From positions 1 to 64,000 of the forward strand of contig CBFGKH010000005.1 of NCBI GenBank assembly GCA_965649295.1: 64,000 bases of DNA. Direction: 5' to 3'. The translations under genes and the position numbers were made by a program. The notes below the pieces were generated by a model, which was not told the DNA's origin, did no database searches, and saw only the letters and a list, made by a program, of their open reading frames with translations. Each line of letters opens with the position of its first letter. Positions within the stretch are counted from its first letter, which is position 1. Positions 9,327 to 19,724 of the stretch are shown here, in pieces. Source of the stretch: a candidate division WOR-3 bacterium. Its GTDB lineage: Bacteria; Hydrothermota; Tepidihabitantia; Tepidihabitantales; Tepidihabitantaceae.

Positions 9327-10493
9327 ATGGTGAACTGGCGAACGGTGGCGAGCGCCGCGGTGGCGGCGCTGTTGCTGTTTGGGGTCGGGTGTGATGCCGA
9401 CCCAGTGGTGCCGCGTAACCGAGCGCCGACAGTGACGATTGTTGCCGGGCCGTGTGATGTGGTGCGGACTGATACGGTGCGGTTTGAGTGGCTTGGTCAT
9501 GACCCGGATGGCAATCTTGCCGGTTACTACTACGGTCTGGACAATCCCCAGCCGAATATCTGGACTGAGTCGGCGTTTGTTGTGCTAAGCGGGCTGGCGT
9601 ATGGCGAGCATGATTTTTATGTCCAGGCAGTGGATGATTCGGGTGCACGCTCGCTGGCAGCAGTCCGTTCGTTTGTGTCGCAGTTTGCGACGATTGTCCG
9701 GCCCAGGGGAACCGATACGACGATGGAGATTGCGACGTGGAATATCGAGAACATGCCCAAGAGCGCGAACACGTTGCGGACTCTGCTGGCCTTGATTCCG
9801 GCGCTGGGGCTGGACATCTATGCCGTGCAGGAGATTGCCGATACGATTGTGTTCAAGCAGTTGCTGGTCGGGCTTGATGGCTATGACGGGTTGTTTTCGC
9901 GTGATGATTACGGCAGTTCGTATCAGAAGACTGGTGTCGTCTATCGCACTGGGGTGGTGAGTGTTGCCGGGGTGCGGCAGTTGTTCTGGAGTTCAAGCGC
10001 GTTCCCGCGGCCGCCGTTGGAGATGATGGTGACGGCCAGCCATCGGGGAAGGGTGTTCGACTTCCGGTTGATTGTGCTGCATCTGAAGGCGGGGTCGAGC
10101 GCCAGTGACCGCGAGCGGCGGCGGCAGTCGTGTCTGCTGTTGAAGAGCTATCTTGATTCGGTGGTGGCAGCCGGGGGAGACCGTGATGTGGTGGTGGCTG
10201 GTGATTGGAACGACCGGCTTGATGCGCCGTCGGCGGATAATGTCTTTTTGCCGTTTTTGCAGGACTCTTTGCGCTATCGGTTCTTGACGCTGCCGCTGGC
10301 GGGTGCGAGTGAGAACGCCTCGTATATTGGCGGCAGCCTGATTGATCACATACTTGTCACTAGCGATGCGCTGGATGAGTATGGCACTGGTTACACCCAG
10401 ACGTTGCGGCTGGATGATGAGCTGCCGAGTTATGAAGCGGATGTTTCTGACCATCGGCCGGTGATGGCAGTTTTCCCGGTATTTCGGAATTGA
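9327..10493 (+). CDS. Lipoprotein with Ig-like domain and endonuclease/exonuclease/phosphatase (DNase I-like) domain
   Basis: Lipobox LFGVGC; ATWNIEN, AVQEI, VLHLKA, GDWND, IDHI and SDHRPV EEP motifs. Apparently leaderless: TAGACA-17-TAGGCT-6 nt-ATG. Confidence 0.88.
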   Translation: MVNWRTVASAAVAALLLFGVGCDADPVVPRNRAPTVTIVAGPCDVVRTDTVRFEWLGHDPDGNLAGYYYGLDNPQPNIWTESAFVVLSGLAYGEHDFYVQAVDDSGARSLAAVRSFVSQFATIVRPRGTDTTMEIATWNIENMPKSANTLRTLLALIPALGLDIYAVQEIADTIVFKQLLVGLDGYDGLFSRDDYGSSYQKTGVVYRTGVVSVAGVRQLFWSSSAFPRPPLEMMVTASHRGRVFDFRLIVLHLKAGSSASDRERRRQSCLLLKSYLDSVVAAGGDRDVVVAGDWNDRLDAPSADNVFLPFLQDSLRYRFLTLPLAGASENASYIGGSLIDHILVTSDALDEYGTGYTQTLRLDDELPSYEADVSDHRPVMAVFPVFRN

Positions 10494-11056
10494 GAGCTAA
10501 GCCAGCAGGCAAGCCAGCAGGCTGGGTGATTTCCTACCTGCCGGGTGCGCTGGTGATTTTGCCGCCGGCAGATGTGCGCGCGCGGGTGAACCGGTTGCGG
10601 CGCCGGCATGATCCAATGTCAGCTTGGACGATTCCACCCCATGTTACGGTTACGCAGCCTTTTCGAATAGAGCCGGGCGCGGCTGAGCTGGAACTGGTTC
10701 GAGAGGTGGTGATGCGGCACGAGCCGCTAGTGCTGCGCTATGGGCCGCTGCGGAACTTTTTGCCCTATCCCTGTATCTGGTTTGAGATTCAGCCGGCAGC
10801 AGCGATTCTGGCCTTGCGTGAGGACTTGCATCGCACCGGTCTGTTCAATACCGACCTGCCCTATACTGAGGGTTTTGTGCCGCATATGAGTGTCACTGAT
10901 GGTTCGCCAGATGCAGCGACCACCGAGCGTCTGTTTAGGCGAATGGCCGGTCGCGTGCGCGGTGGTAGGTTCCGGGCAAGTGAGGTTGTGTACACGCGGC
11001 CGGACTGGCGATTCCGTTTTCGGCCGGTGACGGCGTTTCGACTGGGCCGCAAGTAG
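10490..11056 (+). CDS. 2H phosphoesterase (2'-5' RNA ligase superfamily)
   Basis: Two HxT/S motifs, PHVT and PHMS. Confidence 0.8.
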   Translation: MRAKPAGKPAGWVISYLPGALVILPPADVRARVNRLRRRHDPMSAWTIPPHVTVTQPFRIEPGAAELELVREVVMRHEPLVLRYGPLRNFLPYPCIWFEIQPAAAILALREDLHRTGLFNTDLPYTEGFVPHMSVTDGSPDAATTERLFRRMAGRVRGGRFRASEVVYTRPDWRFRFRPVTAFRLGRK

Positions 11057-11146
11057 AGCCGAGAACTGCGGTTCGGAGAGTGGGGAGCGCAGAGCAGACT
11101 TGATTCCCGTAGAAAGCAGTAGGCGGCACAAGGCCGCCCACTTTGA

Positions 11147-11232
11147 TGCCGAAGGAGGGAGTCGAACCCACAAGTCCATCGCTGGACGGAGGATTTTGAG
11201 TCCTCTGCGTTTGCCAGTTCCGCCACTTCGGC
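11147..11232 (-). tRNA. tRNA-Leu(CAA)
   Basis: GCCGAAG acceptor stem, GAGGA-CTCAAAA-TCCTC anticodon arm, long variable arm, GTTCGAC T-loop; CCA not encoded. Confidence 0.95.
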
Positions 11233-11388
11233 GTACTAATCTGAACCAAGGTCAAGTGGCGTGCGTCCCTCTGGGACATAGCCGCCAGACTCAGGCCGGA
11301 CAGGTGCGATTCTAGGGATGCTAGCGGATTAGTCAATGAGTGCTGGCGGTCATTGACTTCGGCGATGGAGAGGTTAGAAGTAGTAGCT

Positions 11389-12057
11389 GTGACCCGGCGA
11401 TTACTGTTTCTTGGTATCTTGGCGCTAGTCGGTTGCGAGCCGCCGACGCTGCCGAACCGTCCGCCGGTCATCAACTGGATTGACGGAGCCAGGCGGCTAC
11501 ATGCCGGAGACAGTGCTGATTATTTCTGCAACGCGAGTGACCCCGAGGGGAAACAACTAGATTATCACTGGCGAGCAACGGTCGGGACGCTTCGGTTCAG
11601 TTGGAGCCGAACTGCCCGCTGGTATGCGCCGGATTCGGCTGATACGGCTTGGCTGGCGGTAACGGTTAGTGATGATGGTGATAGTACTGTGACTGACAGC
11701 TTCGAGGTCGTAGTGATGCCGGATACTGAGACGATTGTCTGGTGGGATGGTGCGGTGCGGGGTGGTGAGTATCTTGACTGGTCAGATACTGTCCGGGCCG
11801 GTCACCGTATTGCTGGCTATAGTACGACGGTTGCCGATACGATTGGCGAGGTCTATTTGATCGTGTTTGATGAGGGAAGCTTTCAGCGCTGGGCTGCCGG
11901 TGAACCGGCAGTGGCGCTTCTGCGGCGCATCGCCTATCGGGCTGACTCTTTTTCAGTGCGGGTACCGGTGACTGACCAGTATCGTATTGTCATTGACAAC
12001 ACTCTACGGGCGGCTGACTACAACTACTGGCTTTGGGTTTTTAGTGTGACGCCCTAG
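11389..12057 (+). CDS. Hypothetical lipoprotein with Ig/PKD-like domain
   Basis: Lipobox LALVGC, NRPPVI…ASDPEGKQLDYHW Ig-like pattern; GTG start chosen over track start 11353. Confidence 0.7.
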   Translation: MTRRLLFLGILALVGCEPPTLPNRPPVINWIDGARRLHAGDSADYFCNASDPEGKQLDYHWRATVGTLRFSWSRTARWYAPDSADTAWLAVTVSDDGDSTVTDSFEVVVMPDTETIVWWDGAVRGGEYLDWSDTVRAGHRIAGYSTTVADTIGEVYLIVFDEGSFQRWAAGEPAVALLRRIAYRADSFSVRVPVTDQYRIVIDNTLRAADYNYWLWVFSVTP

Positions 12058-12631
12058 CTGGCCAGCCGCTTTCTTCTAACAATCGGAGCAGCAGCGGAAC
12101 CGGCAGGCCGATGACGTTCAAATAGCAGCCGGATACGCGGCTGACAAAGATTGCGGCCTTTTCCTGAATTGCATAGGCACCGGCCTTATCGTAAGGCTCG
12201 GGCGTACGGATGTAGCGTTCGATTTCGGTGAGGCTGAGCGGACGGAAACTGACGAGAGTGGTTTCGGCAGCGCTGCGAATGGTCTTGCCGGGTAGGGTGA
12301 GGACTGCGATGCCGGAGATTACTTGGTGGGTGCGGCCGGACAGCGCCCGCAGTATTGCACGGGCCTCGGCCCGGTTACCGGGTTTACCGAGGATGGTCTT
12401 GTCGAGAACGACAATGGTGTCAACGCCGATTACCCAGCCGCGTCTGATGCGGTCGGTAACTGAGAGGGCCTTGGCCTCGGCGCAGGCGATTGCCCGACGC
12501 TGAAAGCTGAGCCGGCGGTGGCTGTAGAGGATATCATCCTCGTCGGCATTGGGTTTCGTGACGCGGAAGCGCAGCCCGAGCTCTTGGAGTAGCCAGCGCC
12601 GGCGGGGTGAAGTCGAAGCAAGCCAGAGCAT
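12041..12631 (-). CDS. maf: Maf family nucleoside triphosphate pyrophosphatase
   Basis: LASTSPRR, DTIVVLD…LGKP, DKAGAYAIQ, NVIGLP. Confidence 0.93.
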   Translation of the reverse strand: MLWLASTSPRRRWLLQELGLRFRVTKPNADEDDILYSHRRLSFQRRAIACAEAKALSVTDRIRRGWVIGVDTIVVLDKTILGKPGNRAEARAILRALSGRTHQVISGIAVLTLPGKTIRSAAETTLVSFRPLSLTEIERYIRTPEPYDKAGAYAIQEKAAIFVSRVSGCYLNVIGLPVPLLLRLLEESGWPARASH

Positions 12632-14853
12632 CAGGGGCTGGGCAGCAGACTGCCGAAGGTGGAGCGACCGAAGCGGATGTCGGGCAGTTTCTTGATCCGG
12701 ACCAGAAAGTCGTAGTCCCAGCGAGCGCCAAGCTTGCGGTAGGTAAAGATAGCCTCCCAGCAGTGGAGGTCGCGCCAGAGCGAGATGTCGTAGTTGGCAA
12801 ACTGCCGGGTAGTAAAGTTGTAGCCAAGCGACCCAATAGAGAGCTTCCAGCCGAATCCGGCCAGGCTGGCAGAGGCGGTGAGCATGTTGGCTGCTGGTGC
12901 CAGCGTGTGGTTCAGGCCGAGGGCAAGGCCGCGTTCGCGGCGGGCCGAGTCGGTGGTCAGACGGTTCCAGTTGAATGATGTTATGATGTTGTAGTCTTGA
13001 GTTGGTTTGAGTGAGTCGAGAACGAATCCGGCATTGGCATCAACTGCAAGCTGAAGGTCTGCCCGTTGTAGGGGCCGAAATCCAAGCCCAATCCGCACCG
13101 GGTTGGGGCGGCGGCCGATTACATCATAGCCGCTGGTAAAGTCAAGGTAGCCAAGGTCAAGTTTGGTGCCGGCAGTGTCGGTCTTGGCTTGAAAGGTGTT
13201 GCGCAGGGCAGCGGTGATGCTGGTCTGGGCGCTGTCAATCCAGCCAAACTGGGGTCGGCCAAAGATGCCGCCAGGCAGGACTCGCGGTGAATAGCTGATG
13301 CTGGCGCTAGGCGTGACAGTGTGGAGCAGGCCATGAAGCCCTAGGCCGTGGGCAGCGAAGACGCGAAAGAGCCGGACCTGGGCAGAGAGTGCAGCACTGT
13401 AGCCAGCAGTCGTTGCCAAGGTATCGGTCAGGTTGTCGTTCTGGTTCAGGCTGACTGACTGGGTGAGTATGCCGGTGTTGAGGAAGGTCTGTTGGGTGCT
13501 CAGGGAAAGGTTGTGCGAGAGGCTGAGGGCGCTGTCGCGCACGCCAGGGTTGCGGCTGGTCTGGGTGAAGCCAAGACCGATGTTATCGGCTACGGCTAGT
13601 GATGTGACCCTGCCTAGCTGGTATTGGGGGCTACTGATGCTAAGACCGGCACCAGCAGAACGGCGGGTGATTTCGCTCGTGTCGCGGCCAAGCGAGTCGC
13701 TGGAGTAGGTCTCGACCCGGTTGGCGGCTGAGATGCTTGGGCCGGCGTTCCAGCCGCCGCCCAAGGGTACGGCACTGAATGAGAGGCGGGCTGACGGTAG
13801 CTCGTAGTAGCGAAAGCCGCGCAGGAAGTCAACGTCGCGGGCAGCCGAAATCGAAAGTGAACCGATTCGTCCGAGCCGACGCGAGAGTCGGCCCGAAGAG
13901 TAGGAGTTGGGCTTGAGCCAGTCGAGCTTCTCTTCGCTGTAATCGGAGACGTAGCTGGCGTCAGAGACGAGGTCAAGCTGACCGGCAAACTCCGAGCCGA
14001 ATAGGAAACGCTGGGACTGGTGCTGGGCGTTGACGCTGTAGCGGCGCTTCTTTGTATCCCACTCGTTGATGAACCCGGCTACGACCGAACCGGTGGCGTA
14101 GGGCCGGACAATGTAGATGCCTTCAGTGCGGAACTGGACGCCTTTCTTCGTCATAACGTCGGCGAATAGTGTTAGGTCGGAGTAGTCGTTGATTACCCAG
14201 TAGTAGGCGATGTTTTTGGCAAAGAAGCCCTCGGTTGAGGAACTGCCGACTTTGAAGGGCAAGAGCCCGGACTTGCGCTGGGAGGCAATCGGTACAAGCC
14301 AGAATGGCGCGGCCAGTATTGGCACGCCAAAGAGCTTGAAGAGGACTGGTCGAGCGATGGCGACGTCGTCCATCAGCAGCCGAACCTTGGGGCCGTAGAA
14401 GGCATAGTGGGGATGCTCGTACTCGCAGGTGGTGTAGGAGCCACCGCGGGCATTGAGCACGCGTTCACGCACGAGCCAGACCTCGCCAGCAAAGAAGAAG
14501 CCGTTCTCGACAGCGGTGCGAGCGGTGCGCATCATTCCTTTGCGGGTGTCAATGTCGTAGCCCAGCTCGATACCGGTGATGTTCTCGGTCCTGCCGCCGG
14601 TGCTCGAGCTGAACAGGACATCACCACGGGCGGTCAGCCGGTGCAGCTTGATGTCGTAGTGAATCGAGTCCGCATAGACCGTCATTCCCCGATAGCGCAC
14701 CCAGGCGGAGTCAAGGAGGATGACCTTCTCCTGCTTGGCCAGAAAGGTGACCTGCTTGCCGCCGTAGTAAACGATGTCAGTGCCAGCGCTGTCGGTTGGC
14801 AGAGTGCTGGTCACTGGTCCTTGGCTGACCAGTGCCAACAGCAGAATCAACAT
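12631..14853 (-). CDS. lptD: Putative LPS assembly protein LptD
   Basis: Signal peptide, YTTCEYEHPHY, RKSGLLP, C-terminal RDLHCWE beta-barrel motif. Confidence 0.8.
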   Translation of the reverse strand: MLILLLALVSQGPVTSTLPTDSAGTDIVYYGGKQVTFLAKQEKVILLDSAWVRYRGMTVYADSIHYDIKLHRLTARGDVLFSSSTGGRTENITGIELGYDIDTRKGMMRTARTAVENGFFFAGEVWLVRERVLNARGGSYTTCEYEHPHYAFYGPKVRLLMDDVAIARPVLFKLFGVPILAAPFWLVPIASQRKSGLLPFKVGSSSTEGFFAKNIAYYWVINDYSDLTLFADVMTKKGVQFRTEGIYIVRPYATGSVVAGFINEWDTKKRRYSVNAQHQSQRFLFGSEFAGQLDLVSDASYVSDYSEEKLDWLKPNSYSSGRLSRRLGRIGSLSISAARDVDFLRGFRYYELPSARLSFSAVPLGGGWNAGPSISAANRVETYSSDSLGRDTSEITRRSAGAGLSISSPQYQLGRVTSLAVADNIGLGFTQTSRNPGVRDSALSLSHNLSLSTQQTFLNTGILTQSVSLNQNDNLTDTLATTAGYSAALSAQVRLFRVFAAHGLGLHGLLHTVTPSASISYSPRVLPGGIFGRPQFGWIDSAQTSITAALRNTFQAKTDTAGTKLDLGYLDFTSGYDVIGRRPNPVRIGLGFRPLQRADLQLAVDANAGFVLDSLKPTQDYNIITSFNWNRLTTDSARRERGLALGLNHTLAPAANMLTASASLAGFGWKLSIGSLGYNFTTRQFANYDISLWRDLHCWEAIFTYRKLGARWDYDFLVRIKKLPDIRFGRSTFGSLLPSP

Positions 14854-14942
14854 CGGCAGATGTTAGAGACTGAGGGCACAAAGTCAAACCGACGAGCCGG
14901 ATGGGCGTTGACTCGGCGTGGTGCGGGTCTAAGATTGGGCAG

Positions 14943-15956
14943 ATGAAGCAGCTTCAGGCCGTGTATCGTCGCCATAGTCCGAATGGGCCAGGCACTTTTG
15001 ACGGTCTTTTCGTCGAGAATGCGGTTGGCTGCCGGGTGAGGACTACTGACGGCAGGGAGTATCTTGATTTCGCATCTGGTGGTCAGGCGCCGCTGGGGCA
15101 CAGCCATCCGGTGCTTGCTCGGGTGCTGGCCGAGGTCGGACACCGGCCAGCAGTGAATAGTGGTCTCTGGCCGGACACAGTCGAGCTGATGGCAGAGTTG
15201 GCAACAGTGGTGCCAGGTGGTACCAATCGGCGGGTGCTGGTGTGTGATTCGGGACGGGAAGCGCTGGCGGCAGCGGTCGCGCTGGCGCAGGAACGAACCG
15301 GTCGCTCGCGGGTTAGCTACCTAACAGACCAGCGTGGTTCGGATGTAGTCGTCGGAGCTGATGTTGCGGCACTGGTCGTGCATCCCCTTGACCCTCGGCT
15401 GGCAGCGGCAGTTGCTGTTTGTGCCAAGGCTGGCGCGTTGGTGATTGACGATGAGACCCGGATTGGGCCTGGTCTGACCGGAATGATGCTGGCGATTGAG
15501 TCGGCGTCAGCACGGGCTGACCTTTATGTGCTGGGTTCAGGTTGGACTGGCGGGCTGCCATTTGGTGCCTGCGTGAGCGGGAGTTCGACCCTGCATTGGC
15601 GGCATCGGGATGTGACCAATCCATTGGGCTGCTCGTTGGCGCTGGCCACACTTCGGTCGCTGCGTGCTGGTCTTGTTGAGCAGGGCGTAGCCGCAGCGAC
15701 TGTGCTTGAGAGGGCGCTGGAGTCGGCCCAGTTACCGTGGCCGGTGTTTGGAACTGGGCTTGTTTGGACCGTGGTTCTTGACTCGGGCAGGGGACTGGCT
15801 GAACGGCTGATTAGCGACTGCCGTAAGCACGGTCTCTTGCTCTGCGCTGTTGGTGATGATGCTGTTGGCATCAGGCCACCGCTGGTCGTGACTCCGGCCG
15901 AAATCGAACAGGCAGTTGATGTCTTGAAACTGGTCAGTCAGGCACTGGTAGGATGA
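14943..15956 (+). CDS. Class III aminotransferase-like protein, degenerate (catalytic Lys absent)
   Basis: DGREYLDFASG…LGHSHP, DETRIGPGLTG and IRPPLV motifs; DLYVLGSGWTGGLP has Ser where the PLP-binding Lys is expected. Confidence 0.7.
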   Translation: MKQLQAVYRRHSPNGPGTFDGLFVENAVGCRVRTTDGREYLDFASGGQAPLGHSHPVLARVLAEVGHRPAVNSGLWPDTVELMAELATVVPGGTNRRVLVCDSGREALAAAVALAQERTGRSRVSYLTDQRGSDVVVGADVAALVVHPLDPRLAAAVAVCAKAGALVIDDETRIGPGLTGMMLAIESASARADLYVLGSGWTGGLPFGACVSGSSTLHWRHRDVTNPLGCSLALATLRSLRAGLVEQGVAAATVLERALESAQLPWPVFGTGLVWTVVLDSGRGLAERLISDCRKHGLLLCAVGDDAVGIRPPLVVTPAEIEQAVDVLKLVSQALVG

Positions 15957-16969
15957 CAGCGCGGCGCAAGTCTATCCTGGCAAGCTTTCTGGCAACGGTG
16001 CGCGAATATGACCTGCTGGCGACCGGGGATGCTGTGCTGGTTGCGCTCTCAGGTGGGGCTGATTCGGTCTGTCTTCTTGACATGTTACAGGTGGTCAAAC
16101 GACGGTTCCGACTGCGGCTGGCTGCTTTTCATCTCAACCACGGTTTACGGGAATCGGCCCAGCGAGATGAACGGTTCGTCGGTGAGATTTGTCGCCAGCT
16201 TGGTGTTGAGCTGGTAGTCGAGTCAGTTGATGTCAGGTCGTATGCTCGTTCGCAACGTCTCGGTATTGAGGATGCCGGCCGCAGATTGCGTTATGCCCGG
16301 CTGGAGGAGACGGCGAATCGGCTTGGCTGTAATCGCATCGCGCTTGGTCACACTGCTGACGACAATCTCGAAACGATGTTACTGAATCTGGTGCGGGGAA
16401 CCGGGCCGGCTGGTCTGGCCGGCATTCCGGTGTGCCGGGGAAAGTTCATCCGGCCACTGCTTGATGTTGAGCGGCCGGCAATTGAAGCCCATTTGCGTAG
16501 TCGCGGGCTCGGTTGGGTCAACGATGAATCGAATCAGGAAGCGGTCTATCGGCGCAACCGTATCAGGCAAGCGGTGGTGCCGATTCTGCGCGAGCTCAAC
16601 CCGCAGGCGGTTGCCAATGCGCGGCGCACGGCCCGTTTGCTCTGGGATGAGAACCGGGTGCTCGATGAACTGGCAATAGCAGCGCTGCCACGGCTTGTCC
16701 GCAACGACCGCGCCGGCCTGGAGATTGACACTGCTGGACTCTGCTCCTATAATCCAGCACTGCAACGAAGGATCGTCAAGCGACTGATTCCCGAACTGGA
16801 CGCATCAGCGGTTGATCGGCTGCTTGAGTTCGTCGCTCTTGGTCGCAGCGGCCGACTGACGCTTACGCGCGGCCGAACTGTGAAGCTGGCGCAAGGCAGG
16901 CTGAGGCTCATTAGCAAACTAGGAGATTCCCTTCAATGGCCGACAAGTCATCACGAAGTCGAGTTCTGA
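15953..16969 (+). CDS. tilS: tRNA(Ile)-lysidine synthase
   Basis: SGGADS, HLNHGLR, GHTADDNLET, IRPLL, RNRIR; short form. Confidence 0.93.
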   Translation: MTARRKSILASFLATVREYDLLATGDAVLVALSGGADSVCLLDMLQVVKRRFRLRLAAFHLNHGLRESAQRDERFVGEICRQLGVELVVESVDVRSYARSQRLGIEDAGRRLRYARLEETANRLGCNRIALGHTADDNLETMLLNLVRGTGPAGLAGIPVCRGKFIRPLLDVERPAIEAHLRSRGLGWVNDESNQEAVYRRNRIRQAVVPILRELNPQAVANARRTARLLWDENRVLDELAIAALPRLVRNDRAGLEIDTAGLCSYNPALQRRIVKRLIPELDASAVDRLLEFVALGRSGRLTLTRGRTVKLAQGRLRLISKLGDSLQWPTSHHEVEF

Positions 16970-18801
16970 CACCGCTGCTCGTCTGGCTCCTGGTCTTTGC
17001 GGCAGCTTGGGCTGCTTGGAACTTCTTTGCCGGCCGGCGTAGTGGCCGTGTCACTATCAACTATACCGACTTTGTTCGCGAACTGGGGGCAGGCAATGTT
17101 GCCGAGGTCGTAATCGTTGAACGTGACATGGCGGGCAAACTGAAGCAGGAGTCTGAGGTTCAGACTGCCAAGGGGCCGGTGCGCTACACCGAGTTCAAGA
17201 CCTACACGCCGGAGGACCCGCAGCTTGTGACTCGTCTGCTCGAAGCCGGGGTCAAGGTGCAGGCCCGGCCGCCCTCGCAATGGCCGACCATTCTTATCAG
17301 TATTCTGCCCTGGGTGCTGATCATCGGGTTTTGGGTATTGTTCATGCGGCGAGTCTCTTCTGGTCAGGACCGCGCCTTTACCTTTGGCAAGTCCCGGGCC
17401 AGGCCGATGACCTCAGACCGACCGAAGGTAACGTTTGCGGATGTTGCCGGTGTTGATGAGGCTAAAGAGGAACTCAAAGAGATTATCGCCTTTCTGATGG
17501 CTCCGCACAAGTTCCAGAAACTGGGCGGACGGATACCCAAGGGAGTTTTGCTCGTTGGGCCGACCGGTACCGGCAAGACGCTATTGGCCAAGGCAGTGGC
17601 TGGTGAGGCGGGTGTTCCGTTCCTCTCAATCTCGGGCTCGGACTTTGTCGAGATGTTTGTCGGTGTTGGTGCGGCGCGGGTGCGCGACCTGTTTGAGCAG
17701 AGCAAGCGCAATGCGCCCTGTATTGTCTTCATTGATGAGATTGACGCGGTTGGCCGGCAGCGCGGGGCTGGCTTGGGTGGTGGCCATGACGAGCGCGAGC
17801 AGACACTGAACCAGTTGCTGGTAGAGATGGATGGCTTTGAAACCCAGGATGGTGTCATTATCATGGCCGCGACCAACCGGCCGGACATTCTTGACCGAGC
17901 CCTGCTGCGGCCAGGCCGATTTGACCGGCAGATTGTTGTTGACCGACCTGATGTCCGTGGCCGGGAGGAGATTCTGAAGGTCCACGTTCGGAAGATTGCG
18001 GTAGCGCCGGATGTGGACCTGAAGGTGCTGGCACTCGGCACGCCTGGTTTCTCTGGTGCCGACCTCGCCAACATGGTGAACGAAGCTGCTCTGTTGGCAG
18101 CCCGGCGGGCCAGGCAGGCAGTGACAATGCAGGACTTTGAGGACGCCAAGGACAAGGTATTGATGGGGGTTGAGCGTCGCAGTCTGCTGATTAGTGACAA
18201 AGAGAAGCACTGGATTGCCATTCACGAGGCTGGTCATGCCCTGGTCTCAAGGATGATTCCTGGAACCGACCCAGTACACAAGGTGACAATCATCCCGCGC
18301 GGCCAGGCTCTGGGTTTGACCCAGCGGTTGCCACTGGATGACAAACGTATCTACTCGCGTTCCTACTGCCTTGACCAACTGGCAATCATGCTTGGCGGAC
18401 GGGCAGCCGAGCAATTGGTGTTTGGTGATCTCTCGACTGGTGCGCATAACGATATTGAGACCGCCAGTGAGCTCGCTCGTAAGATGGTCTGCGAGTGGGG
18501 GATGAGCGACAAGGTTGGACCGCTGACGTTTGGCTCGCCGCACGATGAGATCTTTCTCGGCCGGGAGCTGGGTATGCGGCGGACGTTCTCGGAGGAGACG
18601 GCGCGCTTGTTGGATGCTGAGATTCGCCGATTTGTTGATGAGCAGGCAGAGCGGGCTCGTCGAATCGTGACCGAGAACAGGGATCGGCTCGAGGCCCTGG
18701 CCAAAGCACTGCTTGAACGGGAGACCCTGACTGGCGAGGAAGTCAATCGGGTGCTGGGGATTGAGCAGCAGGTGACTGCTGCTGCGCCAACTGCCAGCTA
18801 G
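16936..18801 (+). CDS. ftsH: ATP-dependent zinc metalloprotease FtsH
   Basis: Two TM segments, [24 protein letters not shown]. Confidence 0.97.
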   Translation: MADKSSRSRVLTPLLVWLLVFAAAWAAWNFFAGRRSGRVTINYTDFVRELGAGNVAEVVIVERDMAGKLKQESEVQTAKGPVRYTEFKTYTPEDPQLVTRLLEAGVKVQARPPSQWPTILISILPWVLIIGFWVLFMRRVSSGQDRAFTFGKSRARPMTSDRPKVTFADVAGVDEAKEELKEIIAFLMAPHKFQKLGGRIPKGVLLVGPTGTGKTLLAKAVAGEAGVPFLSISGSDFVEMFVGVGAARVRDLFEQSKRNAPCIVFIDEIDAVGRQRGAGLGGGHDEREQTLNQLLVEMDGFETQDGVIIMAATNRPDILDRALLRPGRFDRQIVVDRPDVRGREEILKVHVRKIAVAPDVDLKVLALGTPGFSGADLANMVNEAALLAARRARQAVTMQDFEDAKDKVLMGVERRSLLISDKEKHWIAIHEAGHALVSRMIPGTDPVHKVTIIPRGQALGLTQRLPLDDKRIYSRSYCLDQLAIMLGGRAAEQLVFGDLSTGAHNDIETASELARKMVCEWGMSDKVGPLTFGSPHDEIFLGRELGMRRTFSEETARLLDAEIRRFVDEQAERARRIVTENRDRLEALAKALLERETLTGEEVNRVLGIEQQVTAAAPTAS

Positions 18802-18827
18802 TATTCGATAACCAACCGGAGGTAGTT

Positions 18828-19724
18828 GTGGTTGAACTGAAGCAAATTCGCTGCGTGACGGCGTTGGTGACGCCGTTTGCCGCTAACAAGCCTGACCTTG
18901 AAGGTCTTGCTGCCAATGTCAGGTTTCAGATGCAAGCGGGCGTTGACTGTGTGTTGGCATGCGGCTCGACCGGGGAGTCGCCGAGCCTGACTGAGGCCGA
19001 GTACGATGAGGTCGTGAGCACGGTTGTCAGCACGGCGCGGGGCCGGATTCCGGTGATGGTTGGCGCGGGCACAAACAATACTGCGAAGTCCGTGGCCCAG
19101 GCCCAGCGGGCTGAGAAGTTGGGTGCTGACCTGTTGCTGGTGGTCGCACCGTACTACAACAAGCCAACACCCGATGGCATTTACCGGCACTTTCGAACCG
19201 TAGCCGAGTCAGTCAGTCTGCCGATCGTCATCTACAACATTCCGCCCCGTAGTGTTATCAATGTTGCTCCGGCAACAATCGAGCGCCTAAGCCGTGACTG
19301 TCCGAATATCGTGGCGGTGAAGGAAGCATCAGGTAGTCTGGACCAGGTGTCAGAAATCAGACTGCGTTGCGGGGAGAGGATGACGGTCTTCTCTGGCGAT
19401 GACTCGCTTACACTGCCGATGCTGGCGGTGGGCGCGGTCGGGGTCATTTCGGTTGTTTCCAACATTGTGCCCAAAGATGTGACTGCCATGGTTGAACGGT
19501 TCCGTAGCAAAGACACGGCTGGTGCCGAGCGGCTGCACCGTAAGCTGTTTCCTTTGATCAAGGCGATGTTTGTTGAACCGAATCCGGTGCCGGTCAAGTA
19601 TGCAATGGGGCTTTTGGGCCGGGCTGCTGGTAAGCCGCGCCTGCCGCTCGTGGAGCCGTCACCGGCTAGCCGTCGCGTGGTACGTAAGGCCCTGCTTGAC
19701 TATGGGTTCGAGCTGAAGCGCTAG
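18828..19724 (+). CDS. dapA: 4-hydroxy-tetrahydrodipicolinate synthase
   Basis: TALVTPF, GSTGES, PYYNKP, YNIPPR, KEASG, SGDD, NPVPVK. Confidence 0.93.
   Translation: MVELKQIRCVTALVTPFAANKPDLEGLAANVRFQMQAGVDCVLACGSTGESPSLTEAEYDEVVSTVVSTARGRIPVMVGAGTNNTAKSVAQAQRAEKLGADLLLVVAPYYNKPTPDGIYRHFRTVAESVSLPIVIYNIPPRSVINVAPATIERLSRDCPNIVAVKEASGSLDQVSEIRLRCGERMTVFSGDDSLTLPMLAVGAVGVISVVSNIVPKDVTAMVERFRSKDTAGAERLHRKLFPLIKAMFVEPNPVPVKYAMGLLGRAAGKPRLPLVEPSPASRRVVRKALLDYGFELKR

Noticed and set aside
10727..11474. ORFs overlapping tRNA-Leu
   Set aside because: Shadow ORFs across a clear tRNA with no protein motifs
17364..18746. Long antisense ORFs in ftsH (similar ones occur in clpX, the ACADs and rbr)
   Set aside because: Typical antisense shadows of GC-rich conserved genes
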